Assembly (NCBI GenBank): GCA_937983055.1
Contig: CALJLA010000211.1
Span: 12,414 to 76,413, forward strand
DNA length: 64,000 nt
Source: an uncultured Pseudomonadota bacterium
GTDB lineage: Bacteria; Pseudomonadota; Gammaproteobacteria; Burkholderiales; Eutrophovitaceae
Direction of reading: 5' to 3'
This document shows positions 16,593-26,265 of the stretch, piece by piece. Position numbers and translations under genes: made by a program. The number at the start of each line of letters is the position of its first letter. The first letter of the stretch is position 1. The notes under the pieces are model-generated. The model searched no databases. It saw only the letters and a list, made by a program, of their open reading frames with translations, and was not told where the DNA came from.

Positions 16593-17945
16593 TCAGTCCG
16601 GTTGGGCGGGATCGCGCAGCCCGCGCTGCTGCCGACCGCCGTCGGCGTGCGCGGCAGCTGCGGCGTTCAGCACCGTCTCATACAGCGAGAGATGCCGGCG
16701 CGCGATCGTTTCCGGGCCAAACTCGGCCAGCACCTTTTCTCGTGCACGCGCCGCCAGGGTACGGCGGCGCGGCTCGTCTTCCAGCACCCACCTCAACCCA
16801 TGGGCGAGGTCCTCCACTTCAAAGGCCGCCGCCAGGTAACCGTTCGCCCGGTGCTCGATCATGTCCGGCATGCCGCCGATATCGAAAGCCACCGAGGGAG
16901 TGCCGCAGGCCAGTGCCTCCAGAACGGTATTCGACAGGTTTTCCTGCTCGGACGGCGCCACGAACACGTCGGCTGCGCTGTAGGCAATCGCCATCGAAAG
17001 GTCATCCCCCAGCGTGCCTAGGAAAGCACACGCCAGGCCAAGATCCGGAGGCGTCGCAGGCGGGCTGGCGCCGACCACCATCGCCATCGCCCCCGCACCG
17101 GCGGGTGATTTCGCCATACGCCTCAACGCCTCAACAAGGTAGCGGTACCCCTTTCGCGTCTCGCTGGTAGCCCGCAGCGCCCCGAACAGCACGATGCGCC
17201 GGTCCTTCGGCAAACCAAGCAGATCGCGCGCCATTGACTTGTCCAGCGGCCGGTAAACAGCCGTATCGATGGCGTTCGGTATTACACTGACCGGAAACTC
17301 ACCCAGCAACGGGCTGCGCATCGCCAAGTCGCCCAACCAGCGGCTAGGCGTCACCACGGCGAGCGGTAGCCTTGGGTAGGCCTTCGCCTTGCGCCGCCAG
17401 CCCAGGCGCGACAAATCCCACTCCCGCGACGAACCCAGCAGCGGGCAGCGCCCACAGCCTTCGGCAAAGCGGCCGCAGCCCTGGTCATAATGACAGCCGC
17501 CAGTGAACGCCCACATGTCATGCAGAGTCCACACCAGCGGACGGCCGAAGCGCCGGAAGTTTCCCACGTTGACCGCACCCCCGGTTATCCAGTGCAAATG
17601 CACCACGTCCGGCGCCAAACCGGCTGCCCGTCGCGGCATGCGGTCCGGCAGCCAACCTGGATAGAACGTCGCCTTGCTGCGCCGTCGGTAGGCAAGCACC
17701 GGCAACAGGTCAGCGGCCGGGCGCAGCGGTGCTGTCAGCAACTCCCAGGCGTTCGCTGGACCCACCACGCTGGCCTCGTCGCCGTGCTTGACCTGCACCA
17801 GCATCCGCGCGTCCACGCCGATCGCACGTAGCGCATGGTGCAGACGGTGCGCGGCACGCGCGGCGCCTCCGCGCCGGTCTTCGCTGTTGACGATGAGCGC
17901 TTTCACCGGCTCGCGTAGACCGGGTTCATCCAGCTTTGATCGCAC
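16593..17945 (-). CDS. GT-B (GT4/GT1) glycosyltransferase
   Basis: 450 aa with an N-terminal KALIVNSEDRRGGAARAAHRL and the C-terminal catalytic region APSEQENLSNTVLEALACGTPSVAFDIGG. Confidence 0.8.
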   Translation of the reverse strand: MRSKLDEPGLREPVKALIVNSEDRRGGAARAAHRLHHALRAIGVDARMLVQVKHGDEASVVGPANAWELLTAPLRPAADLLPVLAYRRRSKATFYPGWLPDRMPRRAAGLAPDVVHLHWITGGAVNVGNFRRFGRPLVWTLHDMWAFTGGCHYDQGCGRFAEGCGRCPLLGSSREWDLSRLGWRRKAKAYPRLPLAVVTPSRWLGDLAMRSPLLGEFPVSVIPNAIDTAVYRPLDKSMARDLLGLPKDRRIVLFGALRATSETRKGYRYLVEALRRMAKSPAGAGAMAMVVGASPPATPPDLGLACAFLGTLGDDLSMAIAYSAADVFVAPSEQENLSNTVLEALACGTPSVAFDIGGMPDMIEHRANGYLAAAFEVEDLAHGLRWVLEDEPRRRTLAARAREKVLAEFGPETIARRHLSLYETVLNAAAAAHADGGRQQRGLRDPAQPD

Positions 17946-18705
17946 ATCGGCCGGAATAGTCGATCCGGTGAAGCATCAGCGGCAGTCGGTGCCGGGAAAT
18001 ATACTCGTCGACCGCCCTGCGCGCTCCCTGCCAATGACCGTAATCGTCGATAATCAGGACGCCGCCCGGCACCAGGCGCGGATACAGATGCTCGAGCTCG
18101 TGGCTGGTCGATTCGTACCAGTCGGTGTCGAGCCGCAACATGGCGATGCGCCCGGGCGCCTGGCCGGGCAGGGTATCCTCCACCCTGCCCTGCACGAAGT
18201 GCAGCTTTTCTGCTGGGTAACCGGTGCCGGCCAACGCGCTGCGCACCGCCGCAAGTGGCGCTTCGCACCAGACCGACTCCGCGCTGGTGCGATCGCTTTG
18301 CGCAGCCAACAAATCCTCTGCACGCTCGCCGGTAAGCGACACGTCCAGGGCGCCCGGTGCGGTCATGCCCTCGAAGGTGTCGAACAGATACAACTCACGC
18401 GTCCGGTCGCCCAGCCGAACAAGCGTTTGGGCGACCGCCATCATGCTGCCGCCGCGCCAGACGCCGCACTCGACGAAGTCGCCGTCGATCCCGGCCTCGA
18501 CCAAGTAGCGTACCGACTCGCACAGCGCGGCGATGCGCAACGGCGAGGTCATCGTGTAATCGCGCACACGCTCCACAGTGCGTGCAATCTCTGGGTCCAG
18601 GTCGTGCGGCAGCGCACGATAGCGCACGAGGTCGTAGCCACTGGCACGCAAGCCACGGCGCAGCCAGTCGAATGGCTTTCTAAGAGCGGTGCTCAGCCGT
18701 TTCAT
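17926..18705 (-). CDS. TylF/MycF-family sugar O-methyltransferase
   Basis: 259 aa with DFVECGVWRGGS and LRLDTDWYESTSHELEHLYPRLVPGGVLIIDDYGHWQGA, typical of the macrocin-O-methyltransferase family. Confidence 0.75.
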   Translation of the reverse strand: MKRLSTALRKPFDWLRRGLRASGYDLVRYRALPHDLDPEIARTVERVRDYTMTSPLRIAALCESVRYLVEAGIDGDFVECGVWRGGSMMAVAQTLVRLGDRTRELYLFDTFEGMTAPGALDVSLTGERAEDLLAAQSDRTSAESVWCEAPLAAVRSALAGTGYPAEKLHFVQGRVEDTLPGQAPGRIAMLRLDTDWYESTSHELEHLYPRLVPGGVLIIDDYGHWQGARRAVDEYISRHRLPLMLHRIDYSGRCAIKAG

Positions 18706-18733
18706 TGCCCACCCCCCGCATCCTTGGACGACC

Positions 18734-19654
18734 TCATCGACGCCCGCTCAGCGCGCGCAGCAATCGGCCGGCGACGCGGCGCCACACCGGCGTCCGGAAC
18801 ATCGTCCGCTGAGTGAAATTGTCCGCCCGAGCATCGCGAATCAGATAAGGCGGGTGACGAAGGGGCAAAGCCATCGCTTCGCACGGCAAGGCCGCAAAGC
18901 GATTGCGGCGATTCAAGGTATGCGTCGCCATGTCGCCGAACCCTATGTTCGACACAAGGTTGACGCTCGGCAGCACGGTCAGCGCGCTGTGAACCCAGGC
19001 GGAGAAGGTCCAGCGATACGCCCATGAGGTATTCCGCCACGCCCAAGTGGCCTCGAAGATCCTCGACCAGTAGGCCGCGGCCGACCGATCCTGGAGTATA
19101 TCCATCAGCCAGCCGCCGTCGCGAAGCTCCGGCCACAGCGACATGCGGTGGTCGTACAACTGCCAGGCACGGCGCCAGCTCGCCCAGCCCCAGATGTGGG
19201 TGAAGCGGGAAAAGTAGTAACTGTAAGGCGTGCGCCGACGCCCGAACTGGAAGTTGTCGCCGGAGATCATGCACACACGGTCGTCGTCCCGGTAGCGCTC
19301 GAGCAACTCGGCGGCAAACGCAAAGAAGGTCGGATGGGCGACGCAATCGTCCTCCAGGATGATGCCGGCATCCACTTGCTCGAAAAACCACGTTATCGCC
19401 TCGCTGACCGCCCGCTTGCAGCCGAGATTTGCGCCGCGAAACAAAGTGTCGACCTGGCAGGGCCAGTCGACGGCGTCTGCCAGCCGCTGCACCGCCAGCA
19501 CTTGGTCGCGTTCGCCCGGCCGATCGGCACGCGGTCCGTCGACCGCAAGGAACAGCCTGCGCGGCCGCACCGGGCGGACTGCATCGATGACCGCCCGGGT
19601 GTTGTCCGGCCGGTTGAAGGCGAGAATCAGGACTGGCGCACAATCGCGTCGCAC
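18734..19654 (-). CDS. GT-A fold nucleotide-diphospho-sugar transferase (HlpA-like family)
   Basis: Conserved core PVLILAFNRPDNT...LFLAVDGPR...GIILEDDCVAHPTFF...RYRDDDRVCMISGDNF. The start is uncertain (GTG 19654, TTG 19663 or GTG 19726). The listed ATG at 19900 would overlap the upstream methyltransferase by 160 nt. Confidence 0.65.
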   Translation of the reverse strand: MRRDCAPVLILAFNRPDNTRAVIDAVRPVRPRRLFLAVDGPRADRPGERDQVLAVQRLADAVDWPCQVDTLFRGANLGCKRAVSEAITWFFEQVDAGIILEDDCVAHPTFFAFAAELLERYRDDDRVCMISGDNFQFGRRRTPYSYYFSRFTHIWGWASWRRAWQLYDHRMSLWPELRDGGWLMDILQDRSAAAYWSRIFEATWAWRNTSWAYRWTFSAWVHSALTVLPSVNLVSNIGFGDMATHTLNRRNRFAALPCEAMALPLRHPPYLIRDARADNFTQRTMFRTPVWRRVAGRLLRALSGRR

Positions 19655-19737
19655 AGCGGGCAATTCGCCCGCGACCGCGAGCGCGGCGGCAACACCCGGC
19701 GAGTTGGTAACGCGCAGTTGTTCCACGGCCTCGAATT

Positions 19738-20673
19738 CTACCCAAGCGCGCCGTCGTCCGGCTGCGCCGATGTCGGCCGCGCGGGCAGATCGACGACCTC
19801 GAAACCTTGCCGGAGCAGCGCGGCGCGCAGCGCCGGCTCCGGCGCCTGGCGCAGGATCACCGCACCGAGCAGGCCGAACTGATTGATGCCGAGCGCGCAC
19901 AGACGATCATACCGGGCGATCTGCCTGCGTACGCGCCGGAAGACAGCTGACGCCGGCTCAGCGCGCTCGAACTCCACCCGGGGAAAGTATGCGTCGTTGA
20001 TTCCCTTGAACGCGACCGTCGGGAAACCTGCGCCCAATGCCACCTTGGACAGCTCGCGACGCGAGATGCCGTAGACGTAATTGCCGAGCTCCTCAAAGCG
20101 ATGGCCGTGCACTGGACGTCCGAGCAGCCGCTTCGCCAGGTTTTTCAGCCAGCGGCTGGCGGCCGTAACCGGGGTATCCGGAATCTCGTGGTCGCAGGGT
20201 TCGATCAGAAGCACGCCGCGGCGCGCCACCCTCAGCATCTCGTACAGCGCCATCATCGGTCGCGGGAAGTGATGATAGGACTCCTTGCACAGCACGAAGT
20301 CAAAGGCGTTGTCGTCGAAGCTCAGCGCCTCGGCGTTCTCAACGCGATAATCGGAGATGAGGCCGGCCTGCTTCGCCTCCCCAAGCAGAGTGCCGGAAAT
20401 GTCGGTCGCCAGCGCCCGCGCGCCATGGGTGGCAAGATATGCGGCATCCAGCCCATAGCGCCCGTCACCCACCGTCAGCCATTGCGCGCCCGGAAAGGTA
20501 TCCAGCAGCGGCGCCGCCAGCTGGTACATGCGGCCCATGCGCCAGCCATTGACGGTGCCCGGCTGAAGCCAGGCGGCCGCCAATGCGGCTTTGCTGCCGT
20601 CGCGCGTATACGCATCGTAGGCGCCCTCGTGCGACCTGTAGCTGCGTTGCACGAACTCTGAATGATCAGTCAT
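19738..20673 (-). CDS. class I SAM-dependent methyltransferase
   Basis: 311 aa with WLTVGDGRYGLDAAYL and FDFVLCKESYHHFPRP (Methyltransf_11-like). Confidence 0.65.
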   Translation of the reverse strand: MTDHSEFVQRSYRSHEGAYDAYTRDGSKAALAAAWLQPGTVNGWRMGRMYQLAAPLLDTFPGAQWLTVGDGRYGLDAAYLATHGARALATDISGTLLGEAKQAGLISDYRVENAEALSFDDNAFDFVLCKESYHHFPRPMMALYEMLRVARRGVLLIEPCDHEIPDTPVTAASRWLKNLAKRLLGRPVHGHRFEELGNYVYGISRRELSKVALGAGFPTVAFKGINDAYFPRVEFERAEPASAVFRRVRRQIARYDRLCALGINQFGLLGAVILRQAPEPALRAALLRQGFEVVDLPARPTSAQPDDGALG

Positions 20674-20679
20674 ATTTCA

Positions 20680-21546
20680 TCAATCTCCTGGCGCGCGCCT
20701 CGGAAACGGCCGATGCGCGACGCCCTGCCAGACGATCCTGAGCAACGCTCGTGCCCAGACGTTAATGAGCGCCGGCAACTTCGCCAGCACCGGTGCGGCG
20801 AGCAGCACAAACGCGCTCCGATGTAACGGATTAAGCGGCGTCTTGATCGAGAACAGCCTGCGCACGAATTCCACTCCGACGAGCCGGTCGAGATCGTGAA
20901 AGCCCGTGGTCTGCGCGTTCGCACGCAGCGCAACCGCGGGGTCGGTCAGGCACCGGTAGCCCAGCCGGTGAGCGCGCAGAGTGTACTCATAGTCGGAGAA
21001 ATAGTGCGGGAGCAACCGCGGACGGAAGCCGCCGATGCGCCGCATGTCGCCCCAACGCAGGAACAGCCCGCGCGTGGGCAGGCAATTGATTTCGCTCGGC
21101 ACATCGGCAATGCGGAAACGGAAGCGCAGCAGATCAGCATGCACGCCGGTTTCGCGCACCTGCCCTAAGCGCTCGTCCTCCAGCTGCGCGCACAGTAGAG
21201 CGCCCGGTTGATCGGAGAGCAAGCGCACGCCACGAGCAATGAAGTCGGCTTGAAAACGCGTATCGTCATTGGCAATCACGACTGTATCGGTGTCCGGGGC
21301 ACCGATGCGCAGCAGATGCTCGTATCCGCGCTGCAGGCTGCCGGCCCACCACAGCCCCCCATCTCCGCGCAGCACGGTCGCTTGCGGCCACAACTCGAGC
21401 ACCATGTCCTTCGTACCGTCGCTGGAACCGTCGTCGATGACCAGCAACGATACCGCTGGGAATGTCTGCAAGCGCAGATCTTCGATGAACTGCCGAGTGA
21501 GCGCGCAGCGATTATGCACCGGCAGCAGCACATGCACAGTGCTCAT
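20680..21546 (-). CDS. family 2 glycosyltransferase (paralog of 3607..4452)
   Basis: 288 aa with VHVLLPVHNRCALTRQFIEDLRLQTFPAVSLLVIDDGSSDGT. Colinear with ORF 3607..4452 over its whole length. Confidence 0.8.
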   Translation of the reverse strand: MSTVHVLLPVHNRCALTRQFIEDLRLQTFPAVSLLVIDDGSSDGTKDMVLELWPQATVLRGDGGLWWAGSLQRGYEHLLRIGAPDTDTVVIANDDTRFQADFIARGVRLLSDQPGALLCAQLEDERLGQVRETGVHADLLRFRFRIADVPSEINCLPTRGLFLRWGDMRRIGGFRPRLLPHYFSDYEYTLRAHRLGYRCLTDPAVALRANAQTTGFHDLDRLVGVEFVRRLFSIKTPLNPLHRSAFVLLAAPVLAKLPALINVWARALLRIVWQGVAHRPFPRRAPGD

Positions 21547-21607
21547 TTCTGGATTGCCCTGGATGGCTTTGCCGGCAATCCCGCGATAGTGCTGTTACGC
21601 CACAAAA

Positions 21608-22570
21608 TCACTCCGGCGTTGCGCTATCCAGAAACGTCGCGTAAGCCGCCTCGATCCCGGGGCGCAATTGAATGCCGGGTTTCCAGCCCAGAGAAAACAT
21701 CCTCGAGACATCGAGCAGTTTTCGAGGCGTACCATCAGGTTTCGTCCGATCAAATCGCAGATCGCCATGGAAACCCACGACGCTGGCCACGAGCGTTGCC
21801 AAGTCGGCAACCGACAGGTCATGGCCTGCACCGATGTTGATCAGTGGCGGCCAGCTTTCAGTAATGGAAGCAAATGATTCGTCGGCGAGCTGCATAAGCA
21901 TTACGCAAGCATCGCCAAGGTCGTCGCTGTGAAGAAACTCCCTGCACGGCTTTCCCGATCCCCAGACGACGACTTCGGCATCGCCTCGTACTTTGCCTTC
22001 GTGCAGTTTCCTGATTAGCGCCGGCAAGACATGCGAAGTCTGCAAATCGTAGTTGTCGCCGGGACCGTACAGGTTTGTCGGCATAACGGCCAGAAAGCGC
22101 GTGCCGTACTGCCGGTTATAGGCCGAGCACATTTCGATGCCGGCGATCTTTGCGATGGCATAAGGGCGGTTGGTCGGTTCCAGCGGACCGGTCAGCAGAT
22201 ACTCCTCTTTCATCGGCTGCGGGCACTCGCGCGGATAGATGCAGGATGAGCCGAGAAACAGTAACCGCCTAACGCCGGCGCGCCAGGCCTGGTGAATAAC
22301 ATTGGTCTGGATTGCCAGATTCTGATGGATGAAATCGGCCGGATAGCTGTGATTGGCGAGAATCCCGCCGACCTTGGCCGCCGCCAGAAAAACATACTCC
22401 GGCTTCTCGCGCTCAAAGAAATCGCGCGTCGCATGCTGGTCGGTCAGATCCAGTTCGGCGTGCGTGCGCAGCACTAGATGACGGTAGCCGGCCGCAAGAA
22501 GCCGGCGAACGATCGCCGATCCAGCCAGTCCGCGGTGACCGGCGACATATATCCTGGCGTCGGCGCGCAT
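21608..22570 (-). CDS. fcl: GDP-L-fucose synthase (GDP-4-keto-6-deoxymannose 3,5-epimerase/4-reductase)
   Basis: 320 aa with IYVAGHRGLAGSAIVRRL and SSCIYP...YAIAK. Directly downstream of gmd. Confidence 0.9.
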   Translation of the reverse strand: MRADARIYVAGHRGLAGSAIVRRLLAAGYRHLVLRTHAELDLTDQHATRDFFEREKPEYVFLAAAKVGGILANHSYPADFIHQNLAIQTNVIHQAWRAGVRRLLFLGSSCIYPRECPQPMKEEYLLTGPLEPTNRPYAIAKIAGIEMCSAYNRQYGTRFLAVMPTNLYGPGDNYDLQTSHVLPALIRKLHEGKVRGDAEVVVWGSGKPCREFLHSDDLGDACVMLMQLADESFASITESWPPLINIGAGHDLSVADLATLVASVVGFHGDLRFDRTKPDGTPRKLLDVSRMFSLGWKPGIQLRPGIEAAYATFLDSATPE

Positions 22571-22571
22571 G

Positions 22572-23660
22572 CTATTCGTGGTAGTCGTACGCAGAGAAGC
22601 CGTGCTTCTTCACGAGCTCGTCGCGCTCCGCCGCCTTCAGGTCCTCGCGCACCATCTCCGACACCAGCTCGCCGAACCTGACCCGCGGTTGCCAACCCAG
22701 CGCTTTGCGCGCCCGTGAAGCGTCGCCCAGCAGACTGTCGACTTCCGCGGGACGGAAGTAGCGCGGGTCGACGCGCACGATCACCCGCCCCGCGGTGTCG
22801 ATGCCCTGCTCGTCGACACCCTTGCCCTTCCACTCGACCGCGATGCCCAGCTCTCGCGCCGCCTCGGTGACGAAATCTCGCACGCTGTGCTGAGCACCGG
22901 TGGCGATGACGTAGTCTTCCGGCGTGTCCTGCTGGAGCATCAGCCACATCGCCTCGACATAATCGCGGGCATGGCCCCAGTCGCGCCGCGCGTCCAGATT
23001 GCCCAGGTACAGGCAGTCCTGCAGCTGCAGCTTGATGCGCGCCAGCGCCCGGGTGATCTTGCGGGTGACGAAGGTTTCGCCGCGAATCGGCGATTCATGG
23101 TTGAACAAGATTCCGTTGCAGGCGTACAGCCCGTAGGCTTCGCGGTAGTTGACGGTAATCCAGTAGGCGTAGAGTTTGGCGACCGCGTAAGGCGAACGGG
23201 GATGAAAGGGCGTGGTCTCTTTCTGCGGCGTCTCGCGCACCAGGCCGTAGAGCTCGGAGCTGGAAGCCTGGTAGAAGCGGGTCTTCTTTTCCAGGCCGAG
23301 AATGCGGATCGCTTCCAGCACCCGCAGCGCGCCGAGGGCATCGGAGTTGGCGGTGTACTCCGGTTCCTCGAACGACACGGCCACATGGCTTTGGGCGGCG
23401 AGGTTGTAGATTTCGTCGGGCTGAACCTGCTGAATCACGCGCGTCAGGCTCATCGAGTCGGTCATGTCGCCGTAGTGCAGGATGAAGCGGCGCTGCGGCT
23501 CGTGCGGGTCCTGGTACAGGTGGTCGATGCGGTCGGTATTGAACAGCGAGGTGCGGCGCTTGATGCCATGCACGACGTAGTTCCTGGAGAGCAGGAACTC
23601 GGCGAGATAAGCGCCGTCCTGACCGGTGATTCCGGTGATCAGCGCAACTTTCTTCAGCAT
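22572..23660 (-). CDS. gmd: GDP-mannose 4,6-dehydratase
   Basis: 362 aa with [27 protein letters not shown] and [12 protein letters not shown]. Confidence 0.92.
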   Translation of the reverse strand: MLKKVALITGITGQDGAYLAEFLLSRNYVVHGIKRRTSLFNTDRIDHLYQDPHEPQRRFILHYGDMTDSMSLTRVIQQVQPDEIYNLAAQSHVAVSFEEPEYTANSDALGALRVLEAIRILGLEKKTRFYQASSSELYGLVRETPQKETTPFHPRSPYAVAKLYAYWITVNYREAYGLYACNGILFNHESPIRGETFVTRKITRALARIKLQLQDCLYLGNLDARRDWGHARDYVEAMWLMLQQDTPEDYVIATGAQHSVRDFVTEAARELGIAVEWKGKGVDEQGIDTAGRVIVRVDPRYFRPAEVDSLLGDASRARKALGWQPRVRFGELVSEMVREDLKAAERDELVKKHGFSAYDYHE

Positions 23661-23814
23661 GAGTGAGAGCTGGGTTCGTTATACTCCGCCTGCTGAAGCG
23701 TCGATGGACCAAGGACTGGGCCAATGGCGGCGCGCTTCCGGGGCGAGTGGCGCCGATTCTAGACAATTACCGTCTGCCCGAAAAGAAAATCTCTTTGGTT
23801 GTCTGAACAGGGAA

Positions 23815-25233
23815 ATGCTGATACCGGTGATTCTGTCGGGCGGATCGGGCAGCCGGCTCTGGCCGCTGTCGCGCACGTTGCTGCCGAAGCAGTTCCTTCC
23901 GCTCACTTCGGCGGAGAGCTTGTTGCAGGATACGGTCAGGCGGCTGGACGGGCTGCAGGACGTTTCGCCGCCGCTCATCGTGTGCAGCAACGACCACCGG
24001 TTTCTGGCGGCAGAACAGTTGCGCAACATCGGGGTGGCGCCGCTTGCCCAGCTGCTCGAGCCCGTCGGACGCAACACCGCCCCTGCCATCGCGGTCGCGG
24101 CGCTGGAGGCACTGAGCCACGATGCTTCCGCCATGCTGATCGTGCTGCCCGCCGATCATCTGATCCGAGATGTGCCGCGCTTTCACGCGGCGGTGCTCAA
24201 AGCCGTGCAGCTCGCCGCGGCCGGGCGCCTGGTTACCTTCGGAATCGTGCCGACGGCGCCCGAAACCGGCTACGGCTATCTCGAGCGCGGCGCACCGGTC
24301 GAGCACGTCGCCGGCGGGTTCGAGGTCGCGCGCTTCGTCGAGAAGCCCGATGCCGAGACCGCCGCGCAGTTCGTCGCCGCGGGCCGCTTTTACTGGAACA
24401 GCGGCATGTTCGTGTTCGGCGCGCAGCGCTTTGTCGACGAGCTGGGGCGCCTGCATCCCGAAGTGCTGGAGGCCGCCAACCGCGCCTGGCAGGCGCGCAC
24501 GCGCGACCTCGACTTCTGCCGGCTGGAAGAGACTGCCTTCGCGCGCTGCCCGTCGATTTCCGTCGACTACGCGGTCATGGAAAAGACGCGGGGCGCCGCC
24601 ATGGTGGAAGCCGACATCGGCTGGAGCGACATTGGCTCGTGGTCTTCGCTCTGGCAGGCATCCGCGCCCGATCAGGACGGCAACGTCGCGGTAGGCGATG
24701 TGCACCTGGACAACGTCGGCAACAGCTACGTACGCGCCGATAGCCGGATGATCGCCGCCATCGGTATCCGCGACCTGATCGTGATTGAGACGGCCGATGC
24801 CGTGCTTGTGGCACGCAAGGAAGATGCGCAGCGGGTCAAGGACATGGTGGAATCGCTGAAGGCGAAGCAGCGCGACGAATACCTCAAGCACCGGCGTGTC
24901 TACCGTCCCTGGGGCTACTACGAAGGCCTCGACGGCGGCGAGCGCTTCCAGGTCAAGCGCATCATGGTCAAGCCGGGGGCGCGGCTGTCGATGCAGATGC
25001 ACCACCATCGTGCCGAGCACTGGGTGGTGGTATCCGGCACGGCAAAGGTTACCTGCGGGGAGGAGACGATACTGCTCTCCGAGAACCAGTCGACCTACAT
25101 TCCGCTCGGCACCCGTCACCGGCTGGAAAACGTCGGCAAGCTGCCGCTCTACCTGATCGAAGTCCAGTCCGGCAGCTATCTCGGCGAGGACGACATCGTG
25201 CGCTTTCAGGACGACTACAACCGGCAGGAATGA
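23815..25233 (+). CDS. manC: mannose-1-phosphate guanylyltransferase / mannose-6-phosphate isomerase
   Basis: Start taken at ATG 23815 (MLIPVILSGGSGSRLWPLSR), because the listed start 23626 overlaps gmd. The C-terminal cupin region is SMQMHHHRAEHWVVVSGTAKV. Confidence 0.9.
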   Translation: MLIPVILSGGSGSRLWPLSRTLLPKQFLPLTSAESLLQDTVRRLDGLQDVSPPLIVCSNDHRFLAAEQLRNIGVAPLAQLLEPVGRNTAPAIAVAALEALSHDASAMLIVLPADHLIRDVPRFHAAVLKAVQLAAAGRLVTFGIVPTAPETGYGYLERGAPVEHVAGGFEVARFVEKPDAETAAQFVAAGRFYWNSGMFVFGAQRFVDELGRLHPEVLEAANRAWQARTRDLDFCRLEETAFARCPSISVDYAVMEKTRGAAMVEADIGWSDIGSWSSLWQASAPDQDGNVAVGDVHLDNVGNSYVRADSRMIAAIGIRDLIVIETADAVLVARKEDAQRVKDMVESLKAKQRDEYLKHRRVYRPWGYYEGLDGGERFQVKRIMVKPGARLSMQMHHHRAEHWVVVSGTAKVTCGEETILLSENQSTYIPLGTRHRLENVGKLPLYLIEVQSGSYLGEDDIVRFQDDYNRQE

Positions 25234-26264
25234 CCGACACCAATAACCGCAATCTTCCGCCCGGCAGCGACGCCGCGCGCCGCATCCTGCTGGTAAAGAC
25301 CTCGTCGATGGGCGACGTGGTGCACAACTTCCCGGTGGTCAGCGATCTCGCGGTACAGTTTCCGCAGACCGAGATCGACTGGGTGGTGGAAGAGGCGTTT
25401 GCCGCTTTGCCGCCGTTGCATGCCATGGTCGGCCGCGTAATTCCGGTGGCTTTGCGCCGCTGGCGCCGGCAGCCGTTCACGGCGCAGACCTGGCGCGAGA
25501 TCCGCACCTGCCTGCGCCAGCTGCGCGGCCGCAGCTACGACGCAATCATCGACACCCAGGGGCTGCTGAAAAGCGCCGTGGTCGCCGCCTGTGCGCGGGG
25601 CCGCCGCTACGGCCTGAACTGGGCCAGCTCGCGCGAACCGATCGGCTGGTTTTATCACCGCGCGTTCTCGATACCCTGGGACCGGCACGCGGTAGAGCGC
25701 AACCGGGCGCTGGCGGCGGCGGCGCTGGGCTACCCGCTGTCGGGACCGGCGAGCTACGCGTTGCGTGTGCCAGACGAACTGACCGGGCGCCTGCGGCGAC
25801 GGCTGCCCGCGCATATTTCAGCAGCCCTCGACCGGCCGTATGCGGTGCTACTGCACGCCACCAGCGCCGCCGACAAGCAATGGCCGGAGCAGCGCTGGAT
25901 CCAGCTCGGCAAGGCGCTGTACGACACCGGCCTGATCTGCCTGCTGCCCCACGGCAGCGCCGCCGAGCAGCACCGTGCCGAGAGTCTCGCCAACGCGATT
26001 CCCGGCGCCCTGGTGCCGCCGAAGCTGGCGCTCGACGAGCTGGCGGCATTGCTCGCGGGCGCCGCGCTCGCCGTCGGCGTCGACACCGGCGCGCCCCACC
26101 GGGCGGCGGCCTTGGGACGCCCGACCGTGGGTATCTACTGCGCGACCGATCCCCGCGCGACCGGGCTGCACGGCGGCGCCCGTTCGATCAATGCGGGCAC
26201 CATCGGCCGCGCGCCCGACCTCGCGGACGTGCTGCCCTGCGTCGATCGCGTCAGGGCAGGCTGA
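25230..26264 (+). CDS. waaC: ADP-heptose:LPS heptosyltransferase I
   Basis: 344 aa with RILLVKTSSMGDVVHNFPVVSDL and the C-terminal VGVDTGAPHRAAALGRPTVGIY. Confidence 0.8.
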   Translation: MTDTNNRNLPPGSDAARRILLVKTSSMGDVVHNFPVVSDLAVQFPQTEIDWVVEEAFAALPPLHAMVGRVIPVALRRWRRQPFTAQTWREIRTCLRQLRGRSYDAIIDTQGLLKSAVVAACARGRRYGLNWASSREPIGWFYHRAFSIPWDRHAVERNRALAAAALGYPLSGPASYALRVPDELTGRLRRRLPAHISAALDRPYAVLLHATSAADKQWPEQRWIQLGKALYDTGLICLLPHGSAAEQHRAESLANAIPGALVPPKLALDELAALLAGAALAVGVDTGAPHRAAALGRPTVGIYCATDPRATGLHGGARSINAGTIGRAPDLADVLPCVDRVRAG

Positions 26265-26265
26265 A

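Noticed and set aside
18702-19745. An alternative-frame 347-aa minus ORF overlapping the GT-A transferase gene.
   Set aside because: The other frame (18734..) carries the conserved LAFNRPD / ILEDDC / RYRDDDR motifs. This frame is Arg/Gly/Ala-rich with no motif.
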